DNA from: a virus
Taxonomy: Duplodnaviria; Caudoviricetes
Virus record (IMG/VR): IMGVR_UViG_3300016464_000080
Span: 1-33,781 of that record
DNA length: 33,781 nt
Strand: one strand, 5' to 3'
The notes beneath the pieces are model-generated. The model had not been told where the DNA came from. It ran no database searches and worked only from the letters and a program-made list of their open reading frames with translations. The first letter of the stretch is position 1. Every line of letters starts with the position of its first letter. Made by a program: the position numbers and the translations under genes. Positions 1-8,015 of the stretch are shown piece after piece.

Positions 1-2
1 CA

Positions 3-476
3 CAATTAGGATCGTTTGCAGTTCTCAAGTACATCAATGCTCGGTCATTTGCATTGGAAGAAAAAAAGAAATTGTTAGATAAAGAAGGCGCAGTCGCTAT
101 TCTGAGACAAGAAAACAAAGGATTGGGTCTGATCTACACCGAAAAGAAAGAAAGATCTGGATTCACGTTGCCAACAAGATACGAACAGTATTGGCTTATC
201 AAGCCAAAGAAAAACACCATTATCGGAAAGCGTATTCAGACCGAAATGGACAATGTTTGTGAGTTGATTGATAAATGGCAATGGGCACTTGAGGATGCAC
301 TGAACCTGAAAGAATCAGTCTATGCACATCATCAGTGGGATTTAACTGTCTGTTTTCCAATGCCAGATGGGAGCGTTTTGGTAAGCCAGCCTCAAGGCGC
401 AAAGAAGATGATCTCTCAGGACTACCATATCAGTCCGGCAGAGTTTGAGCGTTTGAAAGGATTGGCGCATGATTAA
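3..476 (+). CDS. Hypothetical protein, probably 5'-truncated by the window
   Basis: Frame is open from position 3 (QLGSFAVLKYINARSFALEEKKK...), so TTG at 54 is probably internal; stop overlaps the next start. Confidence 0.7.
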   Translation, partial: QLGSFAVLKYINARSFALEEKKKLLDKEGAVAILRQENKGLGLIYTEKKERSGFTLPTRYEQYWLIKPKKNTIIGKRIQTEMDNVCELIDKWQWALEDALNLKESVYAHHQWDLTVCFPMPDGSVLVSQPQGAKKMISQDYHISPAEFERLKGLAHD

Positions 477-1092
477 ATTCAGAGCATCAGCACTTGGCGA
501 AATCATGACCGATGGGAAGTCAGAGGAGCTTTCAGTAGGAGCCAAGACAGTCATAACAAAAATGGCTAAAGAGGCGATATATGGCTATGATGAAATCGTC
601 ACATCCAAATACATGGACAAAGGTCTCCAGGTTGAGGATGAGTCAATCGAGCTTCTTAATAGAGTCTTGTTCACAAACTACTCTAAAAACACAGAGCGCA
701 GAGAAAATGACTGGATCACTGGTGAGCCTGACATCGTGACGCATGACAGAATCTATGACATCAAGTCATCATGGAGCCTTACGACATTTCCAGTAACGTC
801 TAATCAAGGCGAAGATAAAGGTTATGAATGGCAGTGTCGTGCTTATATGTGGCTTTTTGATGTTGACCAATCATCACTCGCTTATTGCCTTGTGCCGACA
901 CCAGAGCATTTGATTGGTTATGAATCTAGGTCATATCATGATGTAGATCACATCACACCAGAGCTAAGAATCACTCTAGTAAATTATGAGCGTGACAAAA
1001 AGTTGGAGGAAAAGATCAAAACAAAAGTAGAAGCAGCCAGAGATTTTTACAAGAAAATCTTTGATGAAATTGTCAATCAACATAGGTATTAA
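469..1092 (+). CDS. YqaJ/lambda-exonuclease-like PD-(D/E)xK nuclease
   Basis: FRASxLG, MDKGxxxE, GEPD...DIKS and YEWQCRAYM motifs; adjacent to SSB. Confidence 0.85.
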   Translation: MIKFRASALGEIMTDGKSEELSVGAKTVITKMAKEAIYGYDEIVTSKYMDKGLQVEDESIELLNRVLFTNYSKNTERRENDWITGEPDIVTHDRIYDIKSSWSLTTFPVTSNQGEDKGYEWQCRAYMWLFDVDQSSLAYCLVPTPEHLIGYESRSYHDVDHITPELRITLVNYERDKKLEEKIKTKVEAARDFYKKIFDEIVNQHRY

Positions 1093-1094
1093 AA

Positions 1095-1481
1095 ATGGCA
1101 TCAGTTTGCACAGTACACTTGATCGGTAACATTGGAAAAGACCCAGAGGTTCGCTACTCAGCAGCAGGAAAACCAATCGCAAATGCGAGTCTAGCTACCA
1201 CTTCACGCAGAAAAAAAGATGGTGAAATGGTCGAAACAACCGAATGGCACAAGTTGATTTTCTTTGACAAACTCGCAGAGATCGTAGGAGAGCACGTTAC
1301 CAAAGGCTCAATGATATATGTCCAGGGAACCATTAAATATGAAAAGTACATCAACAAAACAGGAGTGGAGGTGCATACAACACAGATTGTTTGTGACGAA
1401 ATGACGATTCTCAAACGTCCTGATAAAGAAAAGCCAAAGTATGAAGGCTTACCAAAAGATGAAGATGATGTCCCGTTTTAA
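1095..1481 (+). CDS. ssb: Single-stranded DNA-binding protein
   Basis: LIGNIGKDPEVRY, TEWH, KGSMIYVQG and acidic DDVPF C-terminus. Confidence 0.97.
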   Translation: MASVCTVHLIGNIGKDPEVRYSAAGKPIANASLATTSRRKKDGEMVETTEWHKLIFFDKLAEIVGEHVTKGSMIYVQGTIKYEKYINKTGVEVHTTQIVCDEMTILKRPDKEKPKYEGLPKDEDDVPF

Positions 1482-1490
1482 GGAGAAACC

Positions 1491-1643
1491 ATGAAACTTG
1501 AACTTGAAGAAAATGAAGTCGTGTTTATCATGAACGTGCTTGGCGAATTGCCTACCAAGTCTGGAGCATTCCTATTGCTTCAGAAAATTGGACAGCAGAA
1601 AGCTGAACAAGAAACTATTGTTCAACCAAAAGAAATGCAATAA
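1491..1643 (+). CDS. Small hypothetical protein (50 aa, MKLELEENEVVFIMNVLGELPTKSGAF...)
   Basis: Not in the ORF track; AAGGAG RBS upstream of the ATG; clean ORF to TAA. Confidence 0.8.
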   Translation: MKLELEENEVVFIMNVLGELPTKSGAFLLLQKIGQQKAEQETIVQPKEMQ

Positions 1644-1648
1644 TTAAC

Positions 1649-1718
1649 GGGGGAAAGCGGATGCTGGAGGTAGGTGCTGTCTAAAGGGCATATCAAGAAC
1701 AGACGCAGCGAGTACCCC
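1649..1718 (+). ncRNA. Candidate structured RNA element
   Basis: GGGG/CCCC closing stem, GAA/AGUA loop-E-like internal loop, GCG/CGC and CUG/CAG helices; intergenic, just upstream of an RBS. Confidence 0.5.
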
Positions 1719-1736
1719 ACCTTTTAAGGAGTAGCA

Positions 1737-2018
1737 ATGAAACTTTTTGATCTTTTCAAACGCGCTAGGAGTAACGATCCAGTCACCTCTTTTGAGGCAG
1801 CGGATCAAGTCAAACCAGAAAAACATTTCAAGATGATCTTAGACTGTCTTAAACAGCATGGTCCAATGGGAAAAGACGGAATAGCCCAACACACAAAACT
1901 AGATGCAGTGGCGATCGCGCGAAGGCTTCCAGAGCTTCAGACAATGGGTTTAGTAAAACTTACAGGTAAAACCACCAAATCTTCAAAAGGCAGAAACGAA
2001 CGGGAGTGGTCAGCATGA
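1737..2018 (+). CDS. Winged-helix DNA-binding protein
   Basis: N-terminal RARxxDPxTSxEAA motif, then ILDCLKQHGPM...IARRLPEL...GLV; AAGGAG RBS. Confidence 0.75.
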   Translation: MKLFDLFKRARSNDPVTSFEAADQVKPEKHFKMILDCLKQHGPMGKDGIAQHTKLDAVAIARRLPELQTMGLVKLTGKTTKSSKGRNEREWSA

Positions 2019-2278
2019 AACTCACAGATGCAATCGCTTATTCCACAGCCGACTTTGAGTATGAAACTGAGGATGGTCCTGTTCATGTTTACTATGAATA
2101 CTACCCACCAGACCCAGACGTGGGCGTAAAAGAAGATTACGACATTTACATTTTTGATGGAGATGACGATATAACCTTTGATTCAGACCATAATCTGTAT
2201 CTCAAGATCAAGAAGCTAGTCCCTGAACATCATCGCAAAATTCAATCAGACAGAGACACTTATCTAAGTGAGCCTTGA
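2015..2278 (+). CDS. Acidic hypothetical protein
   Basis: ATGA overlap with the previous stop; GGGAG upstream. Confidence 0.7.
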   Translation: MKLTDAIAYSTADFEYETEDGPVHVYYEYYPPDPDVGVKEDYDIYIFDGDDDITFDSDHNLYLKIKKLVPEHHRKIQSDRDTYLSEP

Positions 2279-2408
2279 TCTGTTCCTGATTCTTTTTATT
2301 ATTTCAATAGGGTTAGCAATAGCCCTATTCATCATCTTTTATTTATTCGCTTGGCATGAAACCACAAAAGACGCACACAATTACAACGCTAAAAGAAAGA
2401 ACCATTGA
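2268..2408 (+). CDS. Small single-pass membrane protein (46 aa, MSLDLFLILFIISIGLAIALFIIFYLFAWHETTK...)
   Basis: Not in the ORF track; GTG start overlapping the previous gene; ~24-aa hydrophobic run fills the apparent gap. Confidence 0.6.
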   Translation: MSLDLFLILFIISIGLAIALFIIFYLFAWHETTKDAHNYNAKRKNH

Positions 2409-2847
2409 AGACGGAGATTGTTGGGAATGGCAGGGATACTGTGCTAACGGGACACCGTCTGTCTGTCATCAAGGCAAGATGATCTCCGTTCGCAGATTAT
2501 TCACTCAGCTTCTTGGGAATACAGTTCGTGAAGGATACTATGTCCCCAAGTGTGGAAATGGGCTTTGCGTGAATCCAGAGCACATAACTTATAACGACCC
2601 CAAACTGCACATGAAAAAAGCCGCTAGAAAGGCTTTAAAAAGCCCTACAAGGCGTTTAAAAATTCAGATACATAAGAGAGCCACAGCAGCAAAATTAACG
2701 CAGGAAATGGCAGACGAAATCCGTTGCTCAGAGGGTCCGTCAAGAATAATCGCTGAAAAGTATGGAGTTAACAAGTCTGTTATATGTAGAATCAGGGCAG
2801 GGAAAGCCTGGGTCAATCTCTCAAATCCATTCGCAGGTCTAATGTGA
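2356..2847 (+). CDS. HNH-endonuclease-like Zn-binding protein with C-terminal HTH
   Basis: CWEWQG, CGNGLCVNPEH, and AKLT...IAEKYGVNKSVICRIRAGKAW. Confidence 0.75.
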   Translation: MKPQKTHTITTLKERTIEDGDCWEWQGYCANGTPSVCHQGKMISVRRLFTQLLGNTVREGYYVPKCGNGLCVNPEHITYNDPKLHMKKAARKALKSPTRRLKIQIHKRATAAKLTQEMADEIRCSEGPSRIIAEKYGVNKSVICRIRAGKAWVNLSNPFAGLM

Positions 2848-3020
2848 AAATCGCTTATCCAAACTTACAGACACCGACACAAGTGGAAGTCCGAGAGAAA
2901 CAAATCCACTATGAGCAGGTCTTAAAGAACAAGGTCGCTGAAGTGTTGGATAAGCAAACTCAGACTGAAGAATACAAATACTGGAAGTCGCTAGGGTCTA
3001 ACGTGGACCTTTACGCTTGA
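2844..3020 (+). CDS. Hypothetical protein (58 aa, ends KSLGSNVDLYA)
   Basis: Not in the ORF track; GTGA overlap with the previous stop; overlaps the endolysin 3' end by 10 nt. Confidence 0.7.
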   Translation: MKIAYPNLQTPTQVEVREKQIHYEQVLKNKVAEVLDKQTQTEEYKYWKSLGSNVDLYA

Positions 3021-3610
3021 AGCACATCATGGGCTTCGTTGATGTGTTTAATCCTGTCAGCAAGCCCAATCGTGCCACCGTTAATTTTCTTGGTTAGCCC
3101 AATCCAGTCTTGGACCTCTGCCAATTCATTACATTTGTGAGTTTGCCAAAACCAACCGCCGGTCAGTGCAGCATACTTAGGCGTTCCGACAAGATCGGGG
3201 TCCATAACAAAATCGACTCCCAGAGCTTGTGAAGCGTGGAAGTAGTTAGAGTGACCTGTAAGCTGAATGCAACCGCGACCGCGAAAGCGATAACCATCAC
3301 CAGAGGCTTCGTCACGATTTCCCATGCGGTTCGCATAAACCATGTTGGCAATCTTTTTAGGGTTTTTCTCGTAGGCATTGGCAATCTCTAATGTCGGGAA
3401 TCTTTTGGACCATAGCTTCATTAAAGTGGCAGCACGATAGTTCAAATTCTCCTCAAGGATTCTGAAGTTACCGCATTCATGGGAGCATTGACCGATAAAC
3501 CCTGCCTGTTGTCTGGCAGATAGAATCCCAAAACGCTCGAATGTCTCATTCAAAGGATCGACCCATTCAGGACCGATTTTGAGTCTTTGTAGTTGATTAG
3601 CGTTTACCAT
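3011..3610 (-). CDS. Endolysin, glycoside hydrolase family 19
   Basis: FIGQCSHEC...LEENLNY, YANRMGN, GDGYRFRGRGCIQLTG, LTKKINGG. Confidence 0.95.
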   Translation of the reverse strand: MVNANQLQRLKIGPEWVDPLNETFERFGILSARQQAGFIGQCSHECGNFRILEENLNYRAATLMKLWSKRFPTLEIANAYEKNPKKIANMVYANRMGNRDEASGDGYRFRGRGCIQLTGHSNYFHASQALGVDFVMDPDLVGTPKYAALTGGWFWQTHKCNELAEVQDWIGLTKKINGGTIGLADRIKHINEAHDVLQA

Positions 3611-4091
3611 TCAGAACCTCAAGAACTTGATTGTAAGAATCTATGCATGCATTCAGTTGAGCAGTGTTCCTATCGCCTTGAGCGACTATTTCTGCGATGG
3701 CTGCGAGGGTTGCTCTTTCGGCATCAGTAGGTCCGTTAGGCGTTGGGTCAGGTTCACTTCTCTTTTCGTCCCGATCTCCGGCGGGAGGGGTGGAACTTTG
3801 GGGGGTTGATACACAACCTGGGGTGGGGAGGCGCACCCTGCCAGCACGGATAGCACGATCAAGAGCAGACTGTTTTTGATTGACAACATTGTTAGCCTCT
3901 TGGAGTTGGGTTGAGGTTTGGTTGATCTTTTCTGTGAGTTTTTGTTCTTTCTCACGCGACTCGGCATTTTTCTTGGCTATCTCAATTTGCATTTCTTGGT
4001 CGCGCTGTGTCCATCCCTTATGGTGTCCGTAGCCATAAAACGCCCCCAGAGCGATTAAAACCGCCAAGATGAGCCAAGGGTTCGGTTTCAT
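3597..4091 (-). CDS. Rz: Inner-membrane spanin (Rz-like)
   Basis: N-terminal TM, coiled coil, RAGRVRL and QLNAC; adjacent to the endolysin; contains an embedded lipoprotein gene. Confidence 0.88.
   Translation of the reverse strand: MKPNPWLILAVLIALGAFYGYGHHKGWTQRDQEMQIEIAKKNAESREKEQKLTEKINQTSTQLQEANNVVNQKQSALDRAIRAGRVRLPTPGCVSTPQSSTPPAGDRDEKRSEPDPTPNGPTDAERATLAAIAEIVAQGDRNTAQLNACIDSYNQVLEVLNGKR
3686..3889 (-). CDS. Rz1: Outer-membrane lipoprotein spanin (Rz1-like), embedded in Rz
   Basis: ATG at 3889 with AGAGG RBS; signal peptide with LAGC lipobox; Pro-rich mature region; alternate frame inside Rz. Confidence 0.88.
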   Translation of the reverse strand: MLSIKNSLLLIVLSVLAGCASPPQVVYQPPKVPPLPPEIGTKREVNLTQRLTDLLMPKEQPSQPSQK

Positions 4092-4588
4092 GTTTCGTGC
4101 CTTGCAGCGGCTCTTTCAACCGCGATTTCTTCTTTTGCAGGATCAATGTAATCAGGTGGAGTCGTTGGGGGTGGAGGCGGTCGCCAATCTTCGTCTAGGG
4201 CTGGATTCTGAAAGCCCATCCAGTTGAAACCTGTTGTGTTAACTGTTGCGGGAGCTGGTGTGTTTACAGTCGGTTGCGATAAGTTTACAGTTGGTTGCGA
4301 TGAGTTTACAGTTGTTGAGAGCTTGTCACTGACCGCTTGGACGCCTTTACGGGTCATCACGCCACCAATGCCACCAACGATTAGCAGAACAATGTCGTTC
4401 AGCATCTTCGTATATGCTTGGTCGATGGGAGCCATGCTCTTGATCGGCTGCGTTACGAACGTCACCGAGTAAAGCATGAATCCAACGATACCGGCGAGAA
4501 TCACTGTGACAATGATGACAACGATAGCCCAAACACGGACTTCGATTTCCTCACTTGTCAGTAGTCGGTTGAGTTTGTTGCTGAACAA
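4088..4588 (-). CDS. Two-TM membrane protein, holin candidate, with Pro/Thr-rich tail
   Basis: TMs VWAIVVIIVTVILAGIVGFMLY and IVLLIVGGIGGVM; in the lysis cassette; QPTVN repeats. Confidence 0.6.
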   Translation of the reverse strand: MFSNKLNRLLTSEEIEVRVWAIVVIIVTVILAGIVGFMLYSVTFVTQPIKSMAPIDQAYTKMLNDIVLLIVGGIGGVMTRKGVQAVSDKLSTTVNSSQPTVNLSQPTVNTPAPATVNTTGFNWMGFQNPALDEDWRPPPPPTTPPDYIDPAKEEIAVERAAARHET

Positions 4589-4754
4589 CTTGTTTCTCCA
4601 AAATAGGTGCTACCAAATAGTCGGAGCACTGTTGAGTAAACAGACACTTAGGGCGTTGACATTCTGCGTCTTGGAAGTGATTAGGGTCTTGGCAACGATA
4701 TCTGTAAGAATCTTTACATCCAGACAACAAAAGAAGAATAAGTAGCCACCTCAT
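4551..4754 (-). CDS. Cys-rich lipoprotein
   Basis: MRWLLILLLLSGC lipobox; YRYRCQDP...C...C...C. Confidence 0.8.
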   Translation of the reverse strand: MRWLLILLLLSGCKDSYRYRCQDPNHFQDAECQRPKCLFTQQCSDYLVAPILEKQVVQQQTQPTTDK

Positions 4755-4996
4755 TTTTCGCAGCCTTGCTCAAACTGTTTTCTTAACTCAATAACTCTCT
4801 TGTCCATCTTTTTTGCCCTGGCTTCCTCTGTTTTGTAGTCCATGTATAGAAACCCTCCAAAGGTCAAAAACATCACAAGAACAAACATCAGAATCACGTT
4901 GCCCACCATAGAGAGAATGAGCCTTCTTTGTGTCGAGCGATTGCCCATAGTAGAAGCATCAGATACAGCCATACGATTGTTCCGCAAATCAGCCAT
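4751..4996 (-). CDS. Single-TM membrane protein (start uncertain: 4996, 4948 or 4909)
   Basis: TM VILMFVLVMFLTFGGFLY then a short coiled coil ending QGCEK; ATGA overlap with the lipoprotein gene. Confidence 0.65.
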   Translation of the reverse strand: MADLRNNRMAVSDASTMGNRSTQRRLILSMVGNVILMFVLVMFLTFGGFLYMDYKTEEARAKKMDKRVIELRKQFEQGCEK

Positions 4997-5583
4997 GCTC
5001 CTATTCCCCAATAAAAATCACGCTCTTTTTTCTTTTCTGCGGCTTCTTGTTGGCGCTCTATTCTTAATCTCTCCCAGGCTCTCTTTTGTTCGTTCCCGAT
5101 CTGCGCTCTCATAGCCTCAAAACGGGTCCACAGGTCTTTTAATTCCGGAGGCGAATGGTAGATCATCAGTTCTCGCATTTCTGCCTCCATCATCGTTAAA
5201 CGCGATCTAATCAAGACCCTTTGAAGTGCCCTTTTACTGACAGAATCTTCACCTTCATAGACCTTGTTAGCATTCCTTTCTTCTTCGTAGAAAAGTTGCT
5301 CAATCTTGTCAAAAGCCTCAAAGAAGTCGCCTAACTGGTTTCCAATGCGTGAGATGACGTCATTCGGGTCAGTGGTAGCGGCTTCTCGAAACTCTGCCTT
5401 TTTCTCAGCGATCTTTTCTGCTTGCTCTTTGGAAACCTTCCTTCCAGCGAATTGTTTGTCAATGTCCTTTAAGACCGAGGAAACATCACCTGCTGCGCTT
5501 TTTATGTCCTTGTAGAGTTGGCAACCTTTTTTAACCGCTTGAACGGCTCCGTTTGCCAACGCTAGCAAAGTCAATGGATCAAT
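4894..5583 (-). CDS. Helical protein with C-terminal TM (probable ATT start; alternative TTG at 5574)
   Basis: Coiled-coil-rich body and TM WGIGAWLICGTIVWLYLMLLLW; in-frame stop four codons upstream of the ATT. Confidence 0.75.
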   Translation of the reverse strand: MDPLTLLALANGAVQAVKKGCQLYKDIKSAAGDVSSVLKDIDKQFAGRKVSKEQAEKIAEKKAEFREAATTDPNDVISRIGNQLGDFFEAFDKIEQLFYEEERNANKVYEGEDSVSKRALQRVLIRSRLTMMEAEMRELMIYHSPPELKDLWTRFEAMRAQIGNEQKRAWERLRIERQQEAAEKKKERDFYWGIGAWLICGTIVWLYLMLLLWAIARHKEGSFSLWWAT

Positions 5584-5585
5584 TT

Positions 5586-5756
5586 TTACACCCTAGAGAT
5601 TGAAGACCAGATAACGCCAGCCATGCCGCATAGCATCACGCCAGCGACTTTAATCATGATTCCCTCAAGCCTTTTTAGACGAGCGTTGATCTGTTCGTAT
5701 CTATGTGCACAAACAGCCTCATGAGTGTCTAGTCGAGCTTCTACGTTACTTACCAC
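5586..5756 (-). CDS. Small coiled-coil plus TM protein (56 aa), XhlA-like architecture
   Basis: Not in the ORF track; MVSNVEARLDTHEAVCAHRYEQINARLKRLEGIMIKVAGVMLCGMAGVIW; GTG overlaps the upstream gene end. Confidence 0.75.
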   Translation of the reverse strand: MVSNVEARLDTHEAVCAHRYEQINARLKRLEGIMIKVAGVMLCGMAGVIWSSISRV

Positions 5757-6040
5757 GGCACACCTTGAGCAGAGACAGGATTCTTCTTTTCAAAAATCTT
5801 CGCAGCGACAGCAGCTTCGGTAGCTTCTTTGTCAACAGATTCCCAAATCCAACCCAATACAGTGGCTTCAGTGAGGCTATCGTAAGCCACAGTCGGCTCA
5901 CCAGTCCATGAGGCAGTGGAGTACACAGAATCAGAGTATTCCCCGTCAGTTCCCACGCATTGCCAGTGAGCTACGGTTACGAAACCATTGGATAGGTTAC
6001 GCTCCATCGGGTTTACTGTCCATTTATAAGAGATTGACAT
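5750..6040 (-). CDS. Tail-fibre-associated small protein (possible assembly chaperone)
   Basis: Directly downstream of the fibre; YDSLTEATVLGW and GVPW end; AAGGA RBS. Confidence 0.65.
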   Translation of the reverse strand: MSISYKWTVNPMERNLSNGFVTVAHWQCVGTDGEYSDSVYSTASWTGEPTVAYDSLTEATVLGWIWESVDKEATEAAVAAKIFEKKNPVSAQGVPW

Positions 6041-6051
6041 GATGTTTCCTT

Positions 6052-8013
6052 TCAGTTGGATTCGAGTTGAGCTACGCGAGCGCGCAGGGATTGAAGTTCT
6101 GCAATGATGTTGGCAATGAACTCAGCAGAACCGTATTCCATTGCTTGATACTTTGGCTTACCGTCTTCATCCACGGCGTCCTTTTCGCCAACCACGCTAC
6201 CGGGGCTGACTGCTTGAACTTCGTGAGCAATGAAACCAACACCTTTGCTTCCGTCTGCTTTCCATTCCCAGGTCTTGGGTTGCAGGGCATCAATGAATGC
6301 GCCAGAGCCAGTCAGGGGTTGATGGTTGTCTTTTAAACGGTAGTCGGATGAGGTGTTGTAAGATGTTGATGTCCCATCGGTAGAAATCGAGCCAACACCA
6401 CTTGCTTGCACCCTAAAACCAACGAAAGTTCCCGAGCCAGACGATGTTCTATTAATTACATTGACAGTGCTGGAATTTGCAAACTCAAACGAGTCACCAA
6501 GTTTGTAACCTGTACCACTTGTGAAATTTCTTGGATCGGTACTCGTAGTCCCCACTAACAAGTTTCCACTGCTATCAATACGAGCCTTTTCTACATCATT
6601 TACGCTAAATAAAAACTGACTTCCGCGCAAATTAAGCTGTTTGTATGCGCCTGCGCCTCTGTCGTAGGTGAGTATTGATCCACCAGAACTATCTGTGTTT
6701 ACTTCAAAATTAGTGGTTGTTTCTTTTATCGTAAGTTTGCCAAACGCATCCGTTGTCCCGATTGACAAATACCCACTCGCATTTAAAGTCATTGCTTGGG
6801 TGAACGTAATAGCGTTACCTGCTGTGCCGGAGGGGGCGATTTGCCAAATATGATTGCCAGACGAATCCTGCGCGTACTCTTGTGCTGGACCGTTTGCGAT
6901 ATACACACGGCTGTTTGCAGAGTCGCGGTATTGGTTATTCGACAGCCGAATGTCAGCTCCACCGGGACTCCAGATCGCACCAGTTGTTGCCACTTGCAAG
7001 GCACGGTTAGAGCTACCCCAAGCACTAGGAGTTACTCCTAATCCAAGGTTGCCGGAGGAGTCGAGGCGCATGCGCTCTGACAAAGTACCGTTATAGGTAC
7101 TAAACGTCAAAGCAACATCAGTTGGATAATTTCCACCAGATTGTGTGACAGAAACGATTTTTGATTTAATTGCTGGATTAGAAGAATCAGCAGAATAAAA
7201 ATCAATTTCCCCTACAACATCCCCTGCAGCCCAAGAAGAAGATTCAGCAGAGTTTGTCAGACGCAATACAGCGCCAGTTGCCTGTGTTGATCCAGAAACT
7301 TCTAATTTTGCCCCAGGAGAACTTGTACCAATCCCAAGCCCTGTGGAGGTCAGGCGCATGTATTCGGTTGACGCGCCCATGTTTGTAAACACCAGCGGCG
7401 CATAACTTCCAGCGGAAGTATTTTGACCAGTTTGTAAATAAACAGCGCCACCAACACCAGTGATAGAAAACGTTCCAGCCGTTCCAGTAGACGCTTGATT
7501 TCCTGTTGTTGAGGTTCCACCAACACCGATTGCACCAGAAACCCCCAAATTTGTCCCATCAAACGTAAGAGCAGAACCACTGGTAGCTACTTTAGAACCG
7601 TTGAGGTAGAGAACACCGTTAGCAGTGCCGCCGGAGAGGGTAGGATTAACCTCAAGCGTAGGAGTGCCCTTTACAGTGACCGTATCGCCCGATCCGTCAC
7701 CCAAGGTAGCGTTTCCATTTGCAACCAAAGCACCCGTGAGAGTAGTGGTTCCAGTAACAGCAAGAGTACCAGCAACAGCAGTATTACCAGATGCAGACGC
7801 TACGGTAAACTTATTAGTAGCAACAGAAAAATCACCACCAGAATTAACGGAGTCACCTGCACCACCTGTCTGGAATTCTTTAAGCTGACGCATTAACTCT
7901 CGAATGGCATCATTGATACCACTCGGAGCACAGCCTTCAGCAATGTTGATCGAGTTAATGTCTGTGTTGTTTCCAGCGGTTGTGCTGAACTCAGAAATTT
8001 TTGTCTTTGCCAT
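6052..8013 (-). CDS. Tail fibre with C-terminal peptidase S74 intramolecular chaperone
   Basis: Gly/Ser/Thr-rich repeats (RLDSSGNL type); SSDYRLKDN...GFIAHEVQ...LQSLRARVAQLE chaperone domain. Confidence 0.92.
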   Translation of the reverse strand: MAKTKISEFSTTAGNNTDINSINIAEGCAPSGINDAIRELMRQLKEFQTGGAGDSVNSGGDFSVATNKFTVASASGNTAVAGTLAVTGTTTLTGALVANGNATLGDGSGDTVTVKGTPTLEVNPTLSGGTANGVLYLNGSKVATSGSALTFDGTNLGVSGAIGVGGTSTTGNQASTGTAGTFSITGVGGAVYLQTGQNTSAGSYAPLVFTNMGASTEYMRLTSTGLGIGTSSPGAKLEVSGSTQATGAVLRLTNSAESSSWAAGDVVGEIDFYSADSSNPAIKSKIVSVTQSGGNYPTDVALTFSTYNGTLSERMRLDSSGNLGLGVTPSAWGSSNRALQVATTGAIWSPGGADIRLSNNQYRDSANSRVYIANGPAQEYAQDSSGNHIWQIAPSGTAGNAITFTQAMTLNASGYLSIGTTDAFGKLTIKETTTNFEVNTDSSGGSILTYDRGAGAYKQLNLRGSQFLFSVNDVEKARIDSSGNLLVGTTSTDPRNFTSGTGYKLGDSFEFANSSTVNVINRTSSGSGTFVGFRVQASGVGSISTDGTSTSYNTSSDYRLKDNHQPLTGSGAFIDALQPKTWEWKADGSKGVGFIAHEVQAVSPGSVVGEKDAVDEDGKPKYQAMEYGSAEFIANIIAELQSLRARVAQLESN

Positions 8014-8015
8014 GT

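Noticed and set aside
6052-8013. Diversity-generating retroelement or invertible tail-fibre cassette
   Set aside because: No reverse transcriptase, template repeat or invertase in the window
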